Shown in pieces: positions 18,005 through 26,362 of a stretch of DNA of 64,000 bases. This stretch comes from an uncultured Pseudomonadota bacterium (GTDB taxonomy: Bacteria > Pseudomonadota > Alphaproteobacteria > Rhizobiales > Beijerinckiaceae): the NCBI GenBank assembly GCA_963704565.1, contig OY969917.1, forward strand, positions 3,003,257 to 3,067,256, read 5' to 3'. The position numbers and the translations under genes are program-made. Within the stretch, counting starts at the first letter, position 1. The number at the start of each line of letters is the position of its first letter. Under the pieces are notes generated by a model, which was not told where the DNA came from, ran no database searches, and saw only the letters and a list, made by a program, of their open reading frames with translations.

Positions 18005-19207
18005 CTAATCCAGGCCTTCGGCCCAGCGGATCAGCAGGTTCTTGTCCGCCGCGTCGAGCGCCGGCGCCGCGCCCGGCGGCGGCATGGCGTAAGAAAAAAC
18101 CGCCGCGCGTAAAATTTCGTCGCGATGCCTTTCGACATTGGCGGCTTGCGAGAAATCCAGCCCGCCGGCGGCATGGGTGAGGCCGTCGATCTGCGGACGC
18201 GCCGCATGGCAGGGGCCGCAGCGAGCGTCGATGACGGTTTGCGCTTGCGCGCCGCTCGGGCGAAGCGCCTGCGCGATCGCGTCGGAGGCGTCGCTGGCCT
18301 GACGCTCGGCGGGCGGCCGCGCCGGCCAGGAAAGCGCGAAGGCGAGCGCAAGACAGGCGGTGGCCGCCGCGCTCAGCTTCCAGTCCACGCCAAGCCCGCG
18401 CAGATTTTTCAGCCACACCCGGCGAATCAGGAAAAAGCCGGCGAGGAACATTATCGCCGCGCCGCCATTATGCGGCCCCGCGAACAGAAGCGGCGCATGG
18501 CCCGACAGCATGAAGAAAATCGTCGGCAAGGCGAGATATTGATTGTGCAGGGCGCGCGTCCCGGCGCGCCGCAGGTCGGCTTCGTCTCCGGCCAGGCCGG
18601 CGCGCAGGGCTTTGAGGCGCCGCTTCTGCGCGGGGACGATGATATGGGCGATATTGGCGGTCATGATCGTCGCGAGATGGGCGCCGATCAACGGATAGGC
18701 GCCGCGCCCGGCGAAGACATGGGTCAGGATCAAAGCGAGGAAGGCGCAGAAGATGAACAGCGCCCATAACAGCGCGTCGCCGCACAGGCCGCCTTTCTTG
18801 CAAAGGAAATCATAGGCGAGCCAGCTCACGGCCAGAGGAAGAATGGCGGCGGCGGCCGCCGCCCAGGGGGCGGCGTTCCACAAGGCCGGGTCGATCAGAT
18901 AGAGCCTGGGCGCGGCGCAAAAGACCATGCACAACAGCGCGAAGCCGCTCGCCCAGGTGGCATAGGTCTCCCATTTGAAATTGAGCGCCTTTTCGCTGTC
19001 GTCGGCGTCCGTCGCCCGGGTCAGGCGGTAGCCCGGGCCGGCGTGCAGGAAAAGCGTCTGCGGCGTCGGGTCCGTGGCGCGGGGTTTGAGCGCGAGGTCG
19101 AGCTTCAGAAGAGCGAAAGCCGAGCCGACCCAGAGAATGGCCGCGACCGCATGGGCCCAGCGCGTCAATTCGGTCGCGTCGTCCAGCAAAACGGCGAAAA
19201 AATTCAT
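18005..19207 (-). CDS. PuuD-like membrane protein with C-terminal cytochrome c domain (putative urate hydroxylase family)
   Basis: The N-terminus RWAHAVAAILWVGSAF plus multiple TM helices resemble the urate-oxidase N-terminal membrane domain. The C-terminus carries a CGPCH haem-c motif. Confidence 0.6.
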   Translation of the reverse strand: MNFFAVLLDDATELTRWAHAVAAILWVGSAFALLKLDLALKPRATDPTPQTLFLHAGPGYRLTRATDADDSEKALNFKWETYATWASGFALLCMVFCAAPRLYLIDPALWNAAPWAAAAAAILPLAVSWLAYDFLCKKGGLCGDALLWALFIFCAFLALILTHVFAGRGAYPLIGAHLATIMTANIAHIIVPAQKRRLKALRAGLAGDEADLRRAGTRALHNQYLALPTIFFMLSGHAPLLFAGPHNGGAAIMFLAGFFLIRRVWLKNLRGLGVDWKLSAAATACLALAFALSWPARPPAERQASDASDAIAQALRPSGAQAQTVIDARCGPCHAARPQIDGLTHAAGGLDFSQAANVERHRDEILRAAVFSYAMPPPGAAPALDAADKNLLIRWAEGLD

Positions 19208-19213
19208 GTTGGC

Positions 19214-19876
19214 TCAGTCCTTTGCTTTTTCGCCGCGACGATACCACTGGTAAGAGACCAGGACGATGGCGAAGGTGAAAAGCGCCGCGAACAGGACATC
19301 GGACAGGTAATGCCCGCCGAAAGCCATGCGCTCCGCCGCCGTGTCGAGAGTGAAAAGCGCGGCGGCGATGACGGCGGCGGCGCGCGCCGGCGGCGGCGCC
19401 AGCAAGGCGGGGGCGAGCGTCCAGGCTGCTGTCGCGACCTCGCCCGAAACGAAAGAGCAATTGCGGCGGCATTGGCCGGAAAAGCTGCCAATGGGCTGAA
19501 ACGCCCAGGGTCCGCCGAAAGCTTTCGTCTGTTCCGGGCGCGGCCGGTGGGATATTTCCTTGAGCACGCCATTGACCAGCAGGCCGGGGCCGAGCGCCAA
19601 CGTGGCGAGCAGAAAAACCACGGCCCGCCCGCTCGGTCCGCGCGCGGTCCAGCCGAGCGCCCTGGGGACCGCCGCGAGCAGCAAAGCGGCGAGCAGGAGA
19701 TAGGGGGCGTCGTAGAAGAAGCGCCGGAACGCCTCGCCCACCGGGCTGCGGCCGACGAAATCGCCGGAGCGATAGAAAAGCGCCGCCGCGTCGAGATCGA
19801 CTTGCGGCCACAGCGCGAACAGCGCGAAGAAAAATATCGCGCCGATGAGGAGAAAGATCAGGAATTGGCGCGTCAC
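19214..19876 (-). CDS. PAP2-family phosphatase (membrane)
   Basis: KEISHRPRP, SFVSGE and GGHYLSD correspond to the three PAP2 motifs (KxxxxxxRP, PSGH-like, SRxxxxxHxxxD-like). There is no in-frame ATG near the N-terminus, so GTG at 19876 is proposed. Confidence 0.75.
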   Translation of the reverse strand: MTRQFLIFLLIGAIFFFALFALWPQVDLDAAALFYRSGDFVGRSPVGEAFRRFFYDAPYLLLAALLLAAVPRALGWTARGPSGRAVVFLLATLALGPGLLVNGVLKEISHRPRPEQTKAFGGPWAFQPIGSFSGQCRRNCSFVSGEVATAAWTLAPALLAPPPARAAAVIAAALFTLDTAAERMAFGGHYLSDVLFAALFTFAIVLVSYQWYRRGEKAKD

Positions 19877-19959
19877 GGCGGTCCTTGCGGCTGGCGAACA
19901 ATCCTGCTTTAGACGAAAATCGCGTCGCCCCTCAAGCGCGTCGAAGGAAAGGCCCGGAT

Positions 19960-20151
19960 ATGCCGGAGATGGATTTTTGGTACGAATTCGCCGGCGCCTA
20001 TTCCTATCTGGCCGCGATGCGCGCCGAACCGCAAGCCGCGCGGGCGGCCGGCGTGTTCGGCGCGCCGGCTTTCGTGGCGGCGGACGGCGAAATATTCCGG
20101 GGCGACGACCGTTTCGAACAGGCGCTCGACTGGGCGCGCGAAAAGGGTTGA
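19960..20151 (+). pseudogene. collapsed 2-hydroxychromene-2-carboxylate isomerase/DsbA-like gene (in-frame internal deletion remnant, 63 codons)
   Basis: MPEMDFWYEFAGAYSYLAAMR is the N-terminal motif of the family. It is joined directly to GVFGAPAFVAADGEIFRGDDRFEQALDWA, the C-terminal motif. The central part, which I estimate at ~130 residues from my recollection of ~200-aa family members, is missing. Confidence 0.55.
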
Positions 20152-20153
20152 AC

Positions 20154-20957
20154 ATGGGCCTTCTGCCTGAGCTGACTCCCGAAGAAATCGAGCGCTACGC
20201 CCGCCATATCGTGCTGCACGACATCGGCGGAGCCGGCCAGCGCAAGCTCAAGGCGGCCAAAGTGGGCGTCGTCGGCGCCGGCGGGCTCGGCGGGCCGCTG
20301 CTGCTTTATCTCGCGGCGGCGGGCGTCGGCGAAATCCACGTCATCGACGACGACGTGGTCTCGGCCTCCAATCTCCAGCGCCAGATTCTGTTCGGCGAAA
20401 AGGACATCGGCCGGCCCAAGGTCGAGGCGGCGGCGGAGGTTTTGCGGCAGCTCAACCCGCATGTGCGCGTCGTCGGCCACAAGACGCGGCTCGACGCCGG
20501 CAATGCGCGCGGCCTGATCGACGCCTGCGATGTCCTCGCCGACGGGTCCGACAATTTCGACACCCGCTATATCGTCTCCGACGCCTGTTTTTTCGCCAAA
20601 AAGCCGCTGGTGACGGCGGCGGTCGGCCCGTTCGACGGCTCGCTGACCACCCTAAAACCCTATGAGACCGGGCCGGCCGGCCGGCCCAATCCGACCTATC
20701 GCTGCCTGTTCCCCGAAAAGCCGCCGCCCGGCAGCATCCCGACCTGCGCCGAGGTCGGCGTGCTGGGGGCCTTGACCGGCATGGTCGGCGCGCTGATGGC
20801 GCTCGAAGTGATCCGCGAGATCGTCGGCTTCGGTCCGTCGATGGTGGGGCGGCTGGCTTTGTTCGACCTGATGAATATGCGCTTCGAGACCATCTCTTAC
20901 GGCTGGGACGAGGACAATCCGCTGAACGGCCGCAAGGCGGTCGCTGGGAAAAATTAA
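20154..20957 (+). CDS. moeB: HesA/MoeB/ThiF-family adenylyltransferase (probable molybdopterin-synthase adenylyltransferase)
   Basis: RYARHI.L..IG..GQ.KL and the GxGGLG nucleotide loop (VGAGGLGGP) are present, with NLQRQIL and a CAEVGVLG motif. Confidence 0.85.
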   Translation: MGLLPELTPEEIERYARHIVLHDIGGAGQRKLKAAKVGVVGAGGLGGPLLLYLAAAGVGEIHVIDDDVVSASNLQRQILFGEKDIGRPKVEAAAEVLRQLNPHVRVVGHKTRLDAGNARGLIDACDVLADGSDNFDTRYIVSDACFFAKKPLVTAAVGPFDGSLTTLKPYETGPAGRPNPTYRCLFPEKPPPGSIPTCAEVGVLGALTGMVGALMALEVIREIVGFGPSMVGRLALFDLMNMRFETISYGWDEDNPLNGRKAVAGKN

Positions 20958-21307
20958 ATCGCCGCGACCACCGCGATTTCGACCTTATATTCCGGGGTCA
21001 CGAGCTTGGCTTGAACCGTGGCGCGGGCGGGGGTGGCGCCTTCGACCACCCATGTGTCCCAGACCGAGTTCATTTCGGTGAAAGTGGCGATGTCGGCGAG
21101 ATAGATGGTCGCCATCATGATCCTGGTCTTGTCCGTGCCGGCTTCCGCGAGCAGGGCGTCGATCTGGGCGAGCACTTCCGCCGTCTGTTCGCGCACCGAC
21201 CGTCCGGCCGCCTTTTCCGCCACCTGGCCGGCGAGATAGACCAGATCGCCGCGAATCACGCCCTGGCTCATGCGCTTGCCGGGCTTCAATCTTTTCAGGT
21301 CGGACAT
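20954..21307 (-). CDS. RidA/YjgF family protein
   Basis: 117 aa. LVYLAGQV...TAEVL.QID.LL..AGTDK..I....IYL.D...F..MN..W and the C-terminal EI..VAA are typical of RidA. Confidence 0.85.
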   Translation of the reverse strand: MSDLKRLKPGKRMSQGVIRGDLVYLAGQVAEKAAGRSVREQTAEVLAQIDALLAEAGTDKTRIMMATIYLADIATFTEMNSVWDTWVVEGATPARATVQAKLVTPEYKVEIAVVAAI

Positions 21308-21423
21308 GTCGATTCCTTAAAATAAGGGAGGCTCCGGCGCCTTCCTTACACGCAAGTTTCAAGGCCCGCCATCCTCTGTCTTGGCGGCGGCATGCCCGTT
21401 CTTTCACGCCCGGTCTTGTTCGG

Positions 21424-22071
21424 TCAGAGGACGCCGACGGGGCAGGCGACGCCGCTTCCGCCGAGGCCGCAATAGCCTGCCGGATTCTTGGCGAGATATT
21501 GCTGATGATAGGCCTCGGCAAAGAAAAATTGGCCCGCAGGACGTATTTCGGTGGTGATCGCGCCGAAGCCATGGGCTTCGAGCGCCTGCTGGTAGTGCTC
21601 TTTCGAGCTTTCCGCCGCCTTCTGCTGGGCGTCGCTCGTTGTATAAATCGCGGAACGATATTGCGTGCCGATGTCGGCGCCTTGCCGCATGCCCTGGGTC
21701 GGGTCGTGCGATTCCCAGAACAGGGCCAGCAGCCGCGCCAGTTTGATCTTCGCCGGATCGTAAATGACCTGTACCGCTTCCGTATGGCCGGTCAGGCCGG
21801 AGCACACCTCCTCATAGGTCGGATTCTGGGTCGAGCCGCCGGCATAGCCGACCGCTGTCACATAGACGCCTTCGCCCGCCTGCCAGAATTTGCGCTCCGC
21901 GCCCCAGAAACAGCCCATCCCGAACAGGATTCGCTCCAGGCCGGGCGGAAAAGGCGGGGTGAGCTTGCGGCCGTTGACGAAATGGGTCGCGGCGGTCGGG
22001 ATCGGATCGGAACGGCCGGGCAAGGCCTCGGCCGGGGCGGGGATTTCCAGCTTCTTGCGCGAGAACAGCAT
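21424..22071 (-). CDS. msrA: peptide-methionine (S)-S-oxide reductase
   Basis: Internal ATG 22071. It has the GMGCFWGAE active site, GYAGG...[14 protein letters not shown], and HQQYL. Confidence 0.95.
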   Translation of the reverse strand: MLFSRKKLEIPAPAEALPGRSDPIPTAATHFVNGRKLTPPFPPGLERILFGMGCFWGAERKFWQAGEGVYVTAVGYAGGSTQNPTYEEVCSGLTGHTEAVQVIYDPAKIKLARLLALFWESHDPTQGMRQGADIGTQYRSAIYTTSDAQQKAAESSKEHYQQALEAHGFGAITTEIRPAGQFFFAEAYHQQYLAKNPAGYCGLGGSGVACPVGVL

Positions 22072-22144
22072 GACGCGCCTCCGGGTTGGCTCTTGGATTT
22101 GGGGATGGAAAGCGGAAATGACGAGGTTTTTTGCGAATTTTCCC

Positions 22145-22163
22145 TTATAGAAAAATGGAATAA
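22145..22163. promoter_or_regulatory. candidate LysR-type T-N11-A box in the msrA / LysR divergent region
   Basis: TTAT-AGAAAAATGGA-ATAA (TTAT-N11-ATAA dyad) lies 15 nt upstream of the LysR gene ATG. Confidence 0.35.
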
Positions 22164-22177
22164 AAAACGGGGACGGG

Positions 22178-23068
22178 ATGGACTGGGACAAGCTGCGGGT
22201 TTTTCACGCCGTCGCCGCCGCCGGCTCCTTCACCCATGCCGGCGACGCGCTGCATCTGAGCCAGTCGGCGATCAGCCGCCAGATCGCGGCGCTGGAGCAG
22301 GAGCTGAAAACGGCCCTGTTCCATCGTCACGCGCGCGGACTGCTGCTGACCGAACAGGGCGAAATTCTGTTCCGCACGGTGCAGGACGTTTTCAGCAAGC
22401 TCGAAAGCGCGCGGGTGCGCCTGTCCGACGCCCGCGACAAGCCCAACGGCCTGCTCCGGGTCACCGCCAATACCGGCTTCGGTACGATCTGGCTGACGCC
22501 GCGTCTCGCCGAATTCCGCGAGCTTTATCCCGATATCGAGCTTGAGGTGATCCTGACCGACGACGAGCTCGACCTTTCGATGCGCGAGGCCGACGTGGCG
22601 CTGCGGCTGTGGGAGCCCAAACAGGGCGACCTCATTCGGCGGCGCCTGTTCACGCTCCATTATTCGGCTTGCGCCTCGCGCGCCTATCTTCGGCAATTCG
22701 GCACGCCGCGCCGCGTCGAGGATCTCGACGCCCATCGCCTCGTCGCCTTCAGTGTGACCGGCCCGAATTATCTGCGCAATCTCAACATTCTGCTCACCGC
22801 AGGACGCGAAGCCAGAAGCCCACGCCAGCCGGTGCTGTCGATCAATAATCTCTTCGCTCTGGCGCGGGCGGTCGAAAAGGGCGCAGGCGTCGGCGTGCTG
22901 CCGGATTATGTCATCGGTGAAAATTCGCCGCTGACCCGGATCGAACTCGCCTTGGACATGCCGGTGTTCGATTGCTGGCTGACCTATCCGGTGGAAATGA
23001 AATCGGTTGCGCGGGTCCAGGCGCTGCGCGATTTCCTGGTCGCCAACGCCCCGGCCTGGCGTCATTGA
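22178..23068 (+). CDS. LysR-family transcriptional regulator
   Basis: [40 protein letters not shown] is a canonical LysR wHTH. The product is 296 aa. Confidence 0.93.
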   Translation: MDWDKLRVFHAVAAAGSFTHAGDALHLSQSAISRQIAALEQELKTALFHRHARGLLLTEQGEILFRTVQDVFSKLESARVRLSDARDKPNGLLRVTANTGFGTIWLTPRLAEFRELYPDIELEVILTDDELDLSMREADVALRLWEPKQGDLIRRRLFTLHYSACASRAYLRQFGTPRRVEDLDAHRLVAFSVTGPNYLRNLNILLTAGREARSPRQPVLSINNLFALARAVEKGAGVGVLPDYVIGENSPLTRIELALDMPVFDCWLTYPVEMKSVARVQALRDFLVANAPAWRH

Positions 23069-23081
23069 AGGAGGCGCGCGG

Positions 23082-23339
23082 ATGATACTGACCTCGACCA
23101 TCACCTGCCCCCATTGCGGCCACAAGGCGCGCGAGGACATGCCGACCGACGCCTGCGTGCATTTCTATGAATGCAAGGGCTGCGGCGCGCTGCTCAAGCC
23201 CAAGGACGGCGATTGCTGCGTGTTCTGCTCCTATGGCGATGCGCCCTGCCCGCCGATTCAGGCGGGGCGTTCGGAAATCTCCTGTTGCGGCTCGGCGGTG
23301 CGTGCGCGTTTCAGGAACGACGAGGAGGCCGGCGGCTGA
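23082..23339 (+). CDS. GDCCVxC-domain Cys-rich protein (85 aa)
   Basis: The GAAGGAGG RBS ends 8 nt before ATG 23082. The sequence has CPHC...C...CKGC...GDCCVFC...C, and the GDCCVxC signature is one I recognise from the NCBIfam family name. Confidence 0.8.
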   Translation: MILTSTITCPHCGHKAREDMPTDACVHFYECKGCGALLKPKDGDCCVFCSYGDAPCPPIQAGRSEISCCGSAVRARFRNDEEAGG

Positions 23340-24007
23340 AACAGCAACAAGCTTTTTCCTGGCTCGACGATTTCGCGCCGCTCGCCCGGCTCGACCGCGC
23401 GGCGCGCGAGGCCTTGGCGCGTCTGCCCGAGTGGCGGGTCCAGCGCGGCAAGCAGCTTTTCGCGCCGGGCGCTCCCTGCCAGGGTTTTCTTCTGTTGCTC
23501 GAAGGCCGGGTCCGCGTCGGCCTGACGGCGGCGAACGGCCGCCGGCTGCTGCTCTACCGGGTGGCGCCGGGCCAGACCTGCGTCCAGACCACGCTCTGCC
23601 TGATGGGCGAACTGGAATATAGCGCCGAGGGCGTCGCCGAGACCGATCTGCGCTTCGTCCTCGTTCCACCGCCTTTGTTCGAGCGGCTGTTGCGCGAATC
23701 GCCGGATTTCGCCCGTTTCGTCTTCGAGCGCTTCGGCGCGCGGCTGGCGGAAATGACCCGGCTGATCGAAACCATCGCCTTCCTGCGGCTGGACGCGCGG
23801 CTGGCCGCCGCCTTGCTCGCCCGCGCCGACGTTGAAGGCGCGCTGACGGCGACCCATCAGGATCTCGCGGAGGACATTGGCGCGGCGCGCGAGGTGGTGA
23901 GCCGCCAGCTCGCCGAATTCCAGCGCGCCGGCCTGCTGCGGCTGGCGCGCGGGCGGATCAGCCTGACCGATCGCGCCGGCCTCGCCGATCTCGCCTGTGT
24001 GACCTGA
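23336..24007 (+). CDS. Crp/Fnr-family transcriptional regulator (start codon uncertain; CTG 23336 proposed)
   Basis: It has a cNMP-binding-like beta-roll (LFAPG.P..GFLLLLEGRVRV) and a C-terminal HTH (THQDLAEDIGAAREVVSRQLAEF). The only in-frame ATG (23171) would overlap the upstream gene by 169 nt. GAGGAGG at 23323-23329 lies 6 nt before CTG 23336, which overlaps the upstream TGA. Confidence 0.7.
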   Translation: MKQQQAFSWLDDFAPLARLDRAAREALARLPEWRVQRGKQLFAPGAPCQGFLLLLEGRVRVGLTAANGRRLLLYRVAPGQTCVQTTLCLMGELEYSAEGVAETDLRFVLVPPPLFERLLRESPDFARFVFERFGARLAEMTRLIETIAFLRLDARLAAALLARADVEGALTATHQDLAEDIGAAREVVSRQLAEFQRAGLLRLARGRISLTDRAGLADLACVT

Positions 24008-24090
24008 ATCACCGACTCTTGCGTAAAAACCCTCGAATGTGCCTGTGACGTCCGCAACGTCGCTTTCTGTATGGACCCAAGGAGTTTCCC

Positions 24091-24279
24091 ATGCCCGTCA
24101 ATGTCGGAACGATCGACCGCATCCTGCGCGTCGTCGTCGGCCTCGCCCTCATCGCTTTGGTCTTCGTCGGCCCGAAAACGCCGTGGGGCTGGATCGGCGT
24201 GATCCCGCTGCTCACCGGCCTGGTGCGCTTCTGCCCGGCCTATACTTTGCTCGGCCTGAACACCTGCGCGAAAAAGTAA
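24091..24279 (+). CDS. DUF2892 (YgaP-like) small membrane protein
   Basis: MPVNVGTIDRILRVVVGLALI...GLVRFCPAY.LLG..TC is the canonical DUF2892 pattern. The product is 62 aa. Confidence 0.85.
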   Translation: MPVNVGTIDRILRVVVGLALIALVFVGPKTPWGWIGVIPLLTGLVRFCPAYTLLGLNTCAKK

Positions 24280-24282
24280 GTT

Positions 24283-25227
24283 TTACACCACGTGCTCAGG
24301 GGCCAGGGCGCAGGCGCGGTCCGGGTCGATCTCGATCTGGACCGTGGCGTGGTTGATGCGGAAGTTCCGCGCAAGATCGGCTGCGAGCTGGTGCAGAAAA
24401 ACGTCGCCGGGATGGCCGCCGGGCATGACCAGATGACAGGTGAGCGCGATTTCGGTCGTGCTCATCGGCCAGACGTGAAGATCGTGCAGCGCCGCGACGC
24501 CCGAACGCCCGGCCAGGAAAGCGCGCACCCGATCCGGGTCGATATGATTGGGCGCCGCCGACATCGACATGGCGAAGGCCTCCCGCAGCAGGCCCCAGGT
24601 TCCCCACAGGATGACGGCGTTGATCGCCAGACTGACCGCGGGGTCGAGCCAGAACCATCGCGTCAGCAGGATCAGAAGGCCGGCGACGACCACGCCCGCC
24701 GAGACGAAGGCGTCGGAGGCCATGTGCAGGAAGGCGGCGCGCAGATTGATGTCGTCCCTGCCCGAGGCGAACAGCCAGGCGGTGACGCCATTGATGACGA
24801 CGCCCAGCGCGGCCACCATCATGATGGTCTTGCCCGCGACCGGCTCCGGCGCCAACAGGCGCAAGATCGCCTCCCAGGAGATCGCCCCGACCGCCACCAG
24901 CAGGAAAACGGCGTTGGCCAAAGCGGCCAGGATCGAGGAGCCGAGCAGGCCATAGGAAAAGCGCGGCGTCGGCGGGCGCTTGACCATTTCGCTGGCGAGC
25001 CAGGCGAGGCCGAGGCCGAGCGCGTCGCTCAGATTATGGCCGGCGTCCGCCAGCAAGGCGGTGGAATTGCCGAGCACGCCATAGACGACTTCGGCGACGA
25101 TGAAGGCAAGGTTGAGGGCGATGCCGATGGCGAAGGCCCGCCCGAAACTGGCCGGCGCGTGCGAATGACCGGCGTGATCGTGGCCGCCATGCCCGTGATC
25201 GTGGTGATGATCGTGGTCGCCGCTCAT
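24283..25227 (-). CDS. cation diffusion facilitator (CzcD/ZitB-like) metal efflux transporter with His-rich N-terminus
   Basis: MSGDHDHHHDHGHGGHDHAGHSH is followed by six TM helices with HNLSD and HMASD-type motifs and a C-terminal cytoplasmic domain (LHDLHVW). Confidence 0.9.
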   Translation of the reverse strand: MSGDHDHHHDHGHGGHDHAGHSHAPASFGRAFAIGIALNLAFIVAEVVYGVLGNSTALLADAGHNLSDALGLGLAWLASEMVKRPPTPRFSYGLLGSSILAALANAVFLLVAVGAISWEAILRLLAPEPVAGKTIMMVAALGVVINGVTAWLFASGRDDINLRAAFLHMASDAFVSAGVVVAGLLILLTRWFWLDPAVSLAINAVILWGTWGLLREAFAMSMSAAPNHIDPDRVRAFLAGRSGVAALHDLHVWPMSTTEIALTCHLVMPGGHPGDVFLHQLAADLARNFRINHATVQIEIDPDRACALAPEHVV

Positions 25228-25369
25228 CTATCGCGTCTCGTCTTCAGCCGAAAATTTTCCCGGCGCGGCGATTTAAAGGGCTTGTCCCGCCGTCGCCTTG
25301 CCGCTATACACCCGCCCACGCCTCGCCGCCACGCGGTTGTCATCCCAATGACTTGAAGAGACGTAATCT

Positions 25370-25445
<76 letters not shown>

Positions 25446-25645
25446 AATTGATCTTGCAGGATATTGGTCCGATTCGCGGCTGTTCGGGCGCGCCGTCGGC
25501 GCGCGGCCGAAGGCGCGGAGGTCCATGCGCATGAGGTTGCGCGACTTCCTTCCGTCAACCTTTATTTTGGTTTGAACTTTACCGCGCCGTCGTAAGCTGA
25601 AATGTTGACCGCGTTTCCAAGAGTTGAGTTTGTTTGGAGCCTGTC

Positions 25646-26260
25646 ATGCGTAAATTGGCGCAACTCTTTCTGGTTTTCGCCGCCTTTCTGTTCGCGCCCG
25701 CCGCGCTGGCGCGAGTCCAGATTACGATCGATCTGTCCGCGCAGCGGATGGATGTGCAGGCTTCCAATGGGGAAAGCTATTCCTGGCCGATTTCATCGGC
25801 GCGCGCCGGCTATGTGACGCCGCGCGGGGTTTATGCGCCAAGCTCTTTGCAGTCCATGCATTATTCAAAAAAATATCATCACTCTCCGATGCCGCATTCG
25901 ATTTTCTTCCATGGCGGCTACGCCATTCATGGGACATATGCGACAAGGTGGCTCGGTCATCCGGCCTCCCATGGCTGCGTCCGCATTACGCCGGCCGCCG
26001 CCGCCACGCTTTATTCCCTGGTCCGCGCCGAAGGCGCCACGATCAGGATCATTGGCTCGCCGCCGCCCAGCCGCCATTTTGCGCATGAATGGCGCCATCA
26101 CGGGAATCACCGCCACTACGCCGGCGACTGGCGGGGCCACGGCCATCATCATCATTATGCTTACGCGGGAGGCGGTCATCACTCGCACGTCCTGTCCTAT
26201 GCGCCGGCCCCGCATGGCTCCAATGCAACCGGCGTGTTCGGCCTGATCATGAACCGCTAG
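25646..26260 (+). CDS. L,D-transpeptidase (YkuD) family protein with His-rich C-terminal tail
   Basis: GGAG lies 6 nt before ATG 25646. A signal peptide is present. The catalytic motif is HGTYATRWLGHPASHGCVRI. The tail is HEWRHHGNHRHYAGDWRGHGHHHHYAYAGGGHHSH. Confidence 0.88.
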   Translation: MRKLAQLFLVFAAFLFAPAALARVQITIDLSAQRMDVQASNGESYSWPISSARAGYVTPRGVYAPSSLQSMHYSKKYHHSPMPHSIFFHGGYAIHGTYATRWLGHPASHGCVRITPAAAATLYSLVRAEGATIRIIGSPPPSRHFAHEWRHHGNHRHYAGDWRGHGHHHHYAYAGGGHHSHVLSYAPAPHGSNATGVFGLIMNR

Positions 26261-26362
26261 AGCATTTTCCGTTCCTTCGGAATCGGAAGAACGCTCTAGC
26301 CCATTGTTTCAACGCATATTCTTGTCAAAAAAGTCTGCAACTTTTTGGGAATATGCTCTAGC
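26257..26362 (+). repeat. full-length bipartite palindromic repeat (MITE/REP-like, ~105 bp, CTAGAGC terminal inverted repeats)
   Basis: CTAGAGCATTTTCCGTTCCTTCGGAATCGGAAGAACGCTCTAG plus a spacer plus the 43-nt hairpin module, ending GCTCTAGC. By eye it is about 90% identical to 50341-50445. Confidence 0.88.

Noticed and set aside
23171-23335. ATG 23171 as the start of the Crp/Fnr regulator (278-aa version).
   Set aside because: It would require a 169-nt out-of-frame overlap with the well-supported GDCCVxC gene. It would also add an Arg/Leu-rich, non-homologous 55-aa N-terminus.
25446-25645. Possible integrative element or genomic island at tRNA-Ala. The same question applies at tRNA-Leu 2898-2982 and tRNA-Met/Gln 62381-62644.
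   Set aside because: There is no integrase, no direct repeat of the tRNA 3' end, and no shift to foreign-looking gene content next to any of the four tRNAs. The flanking genes are ordinary chromosomal genes.
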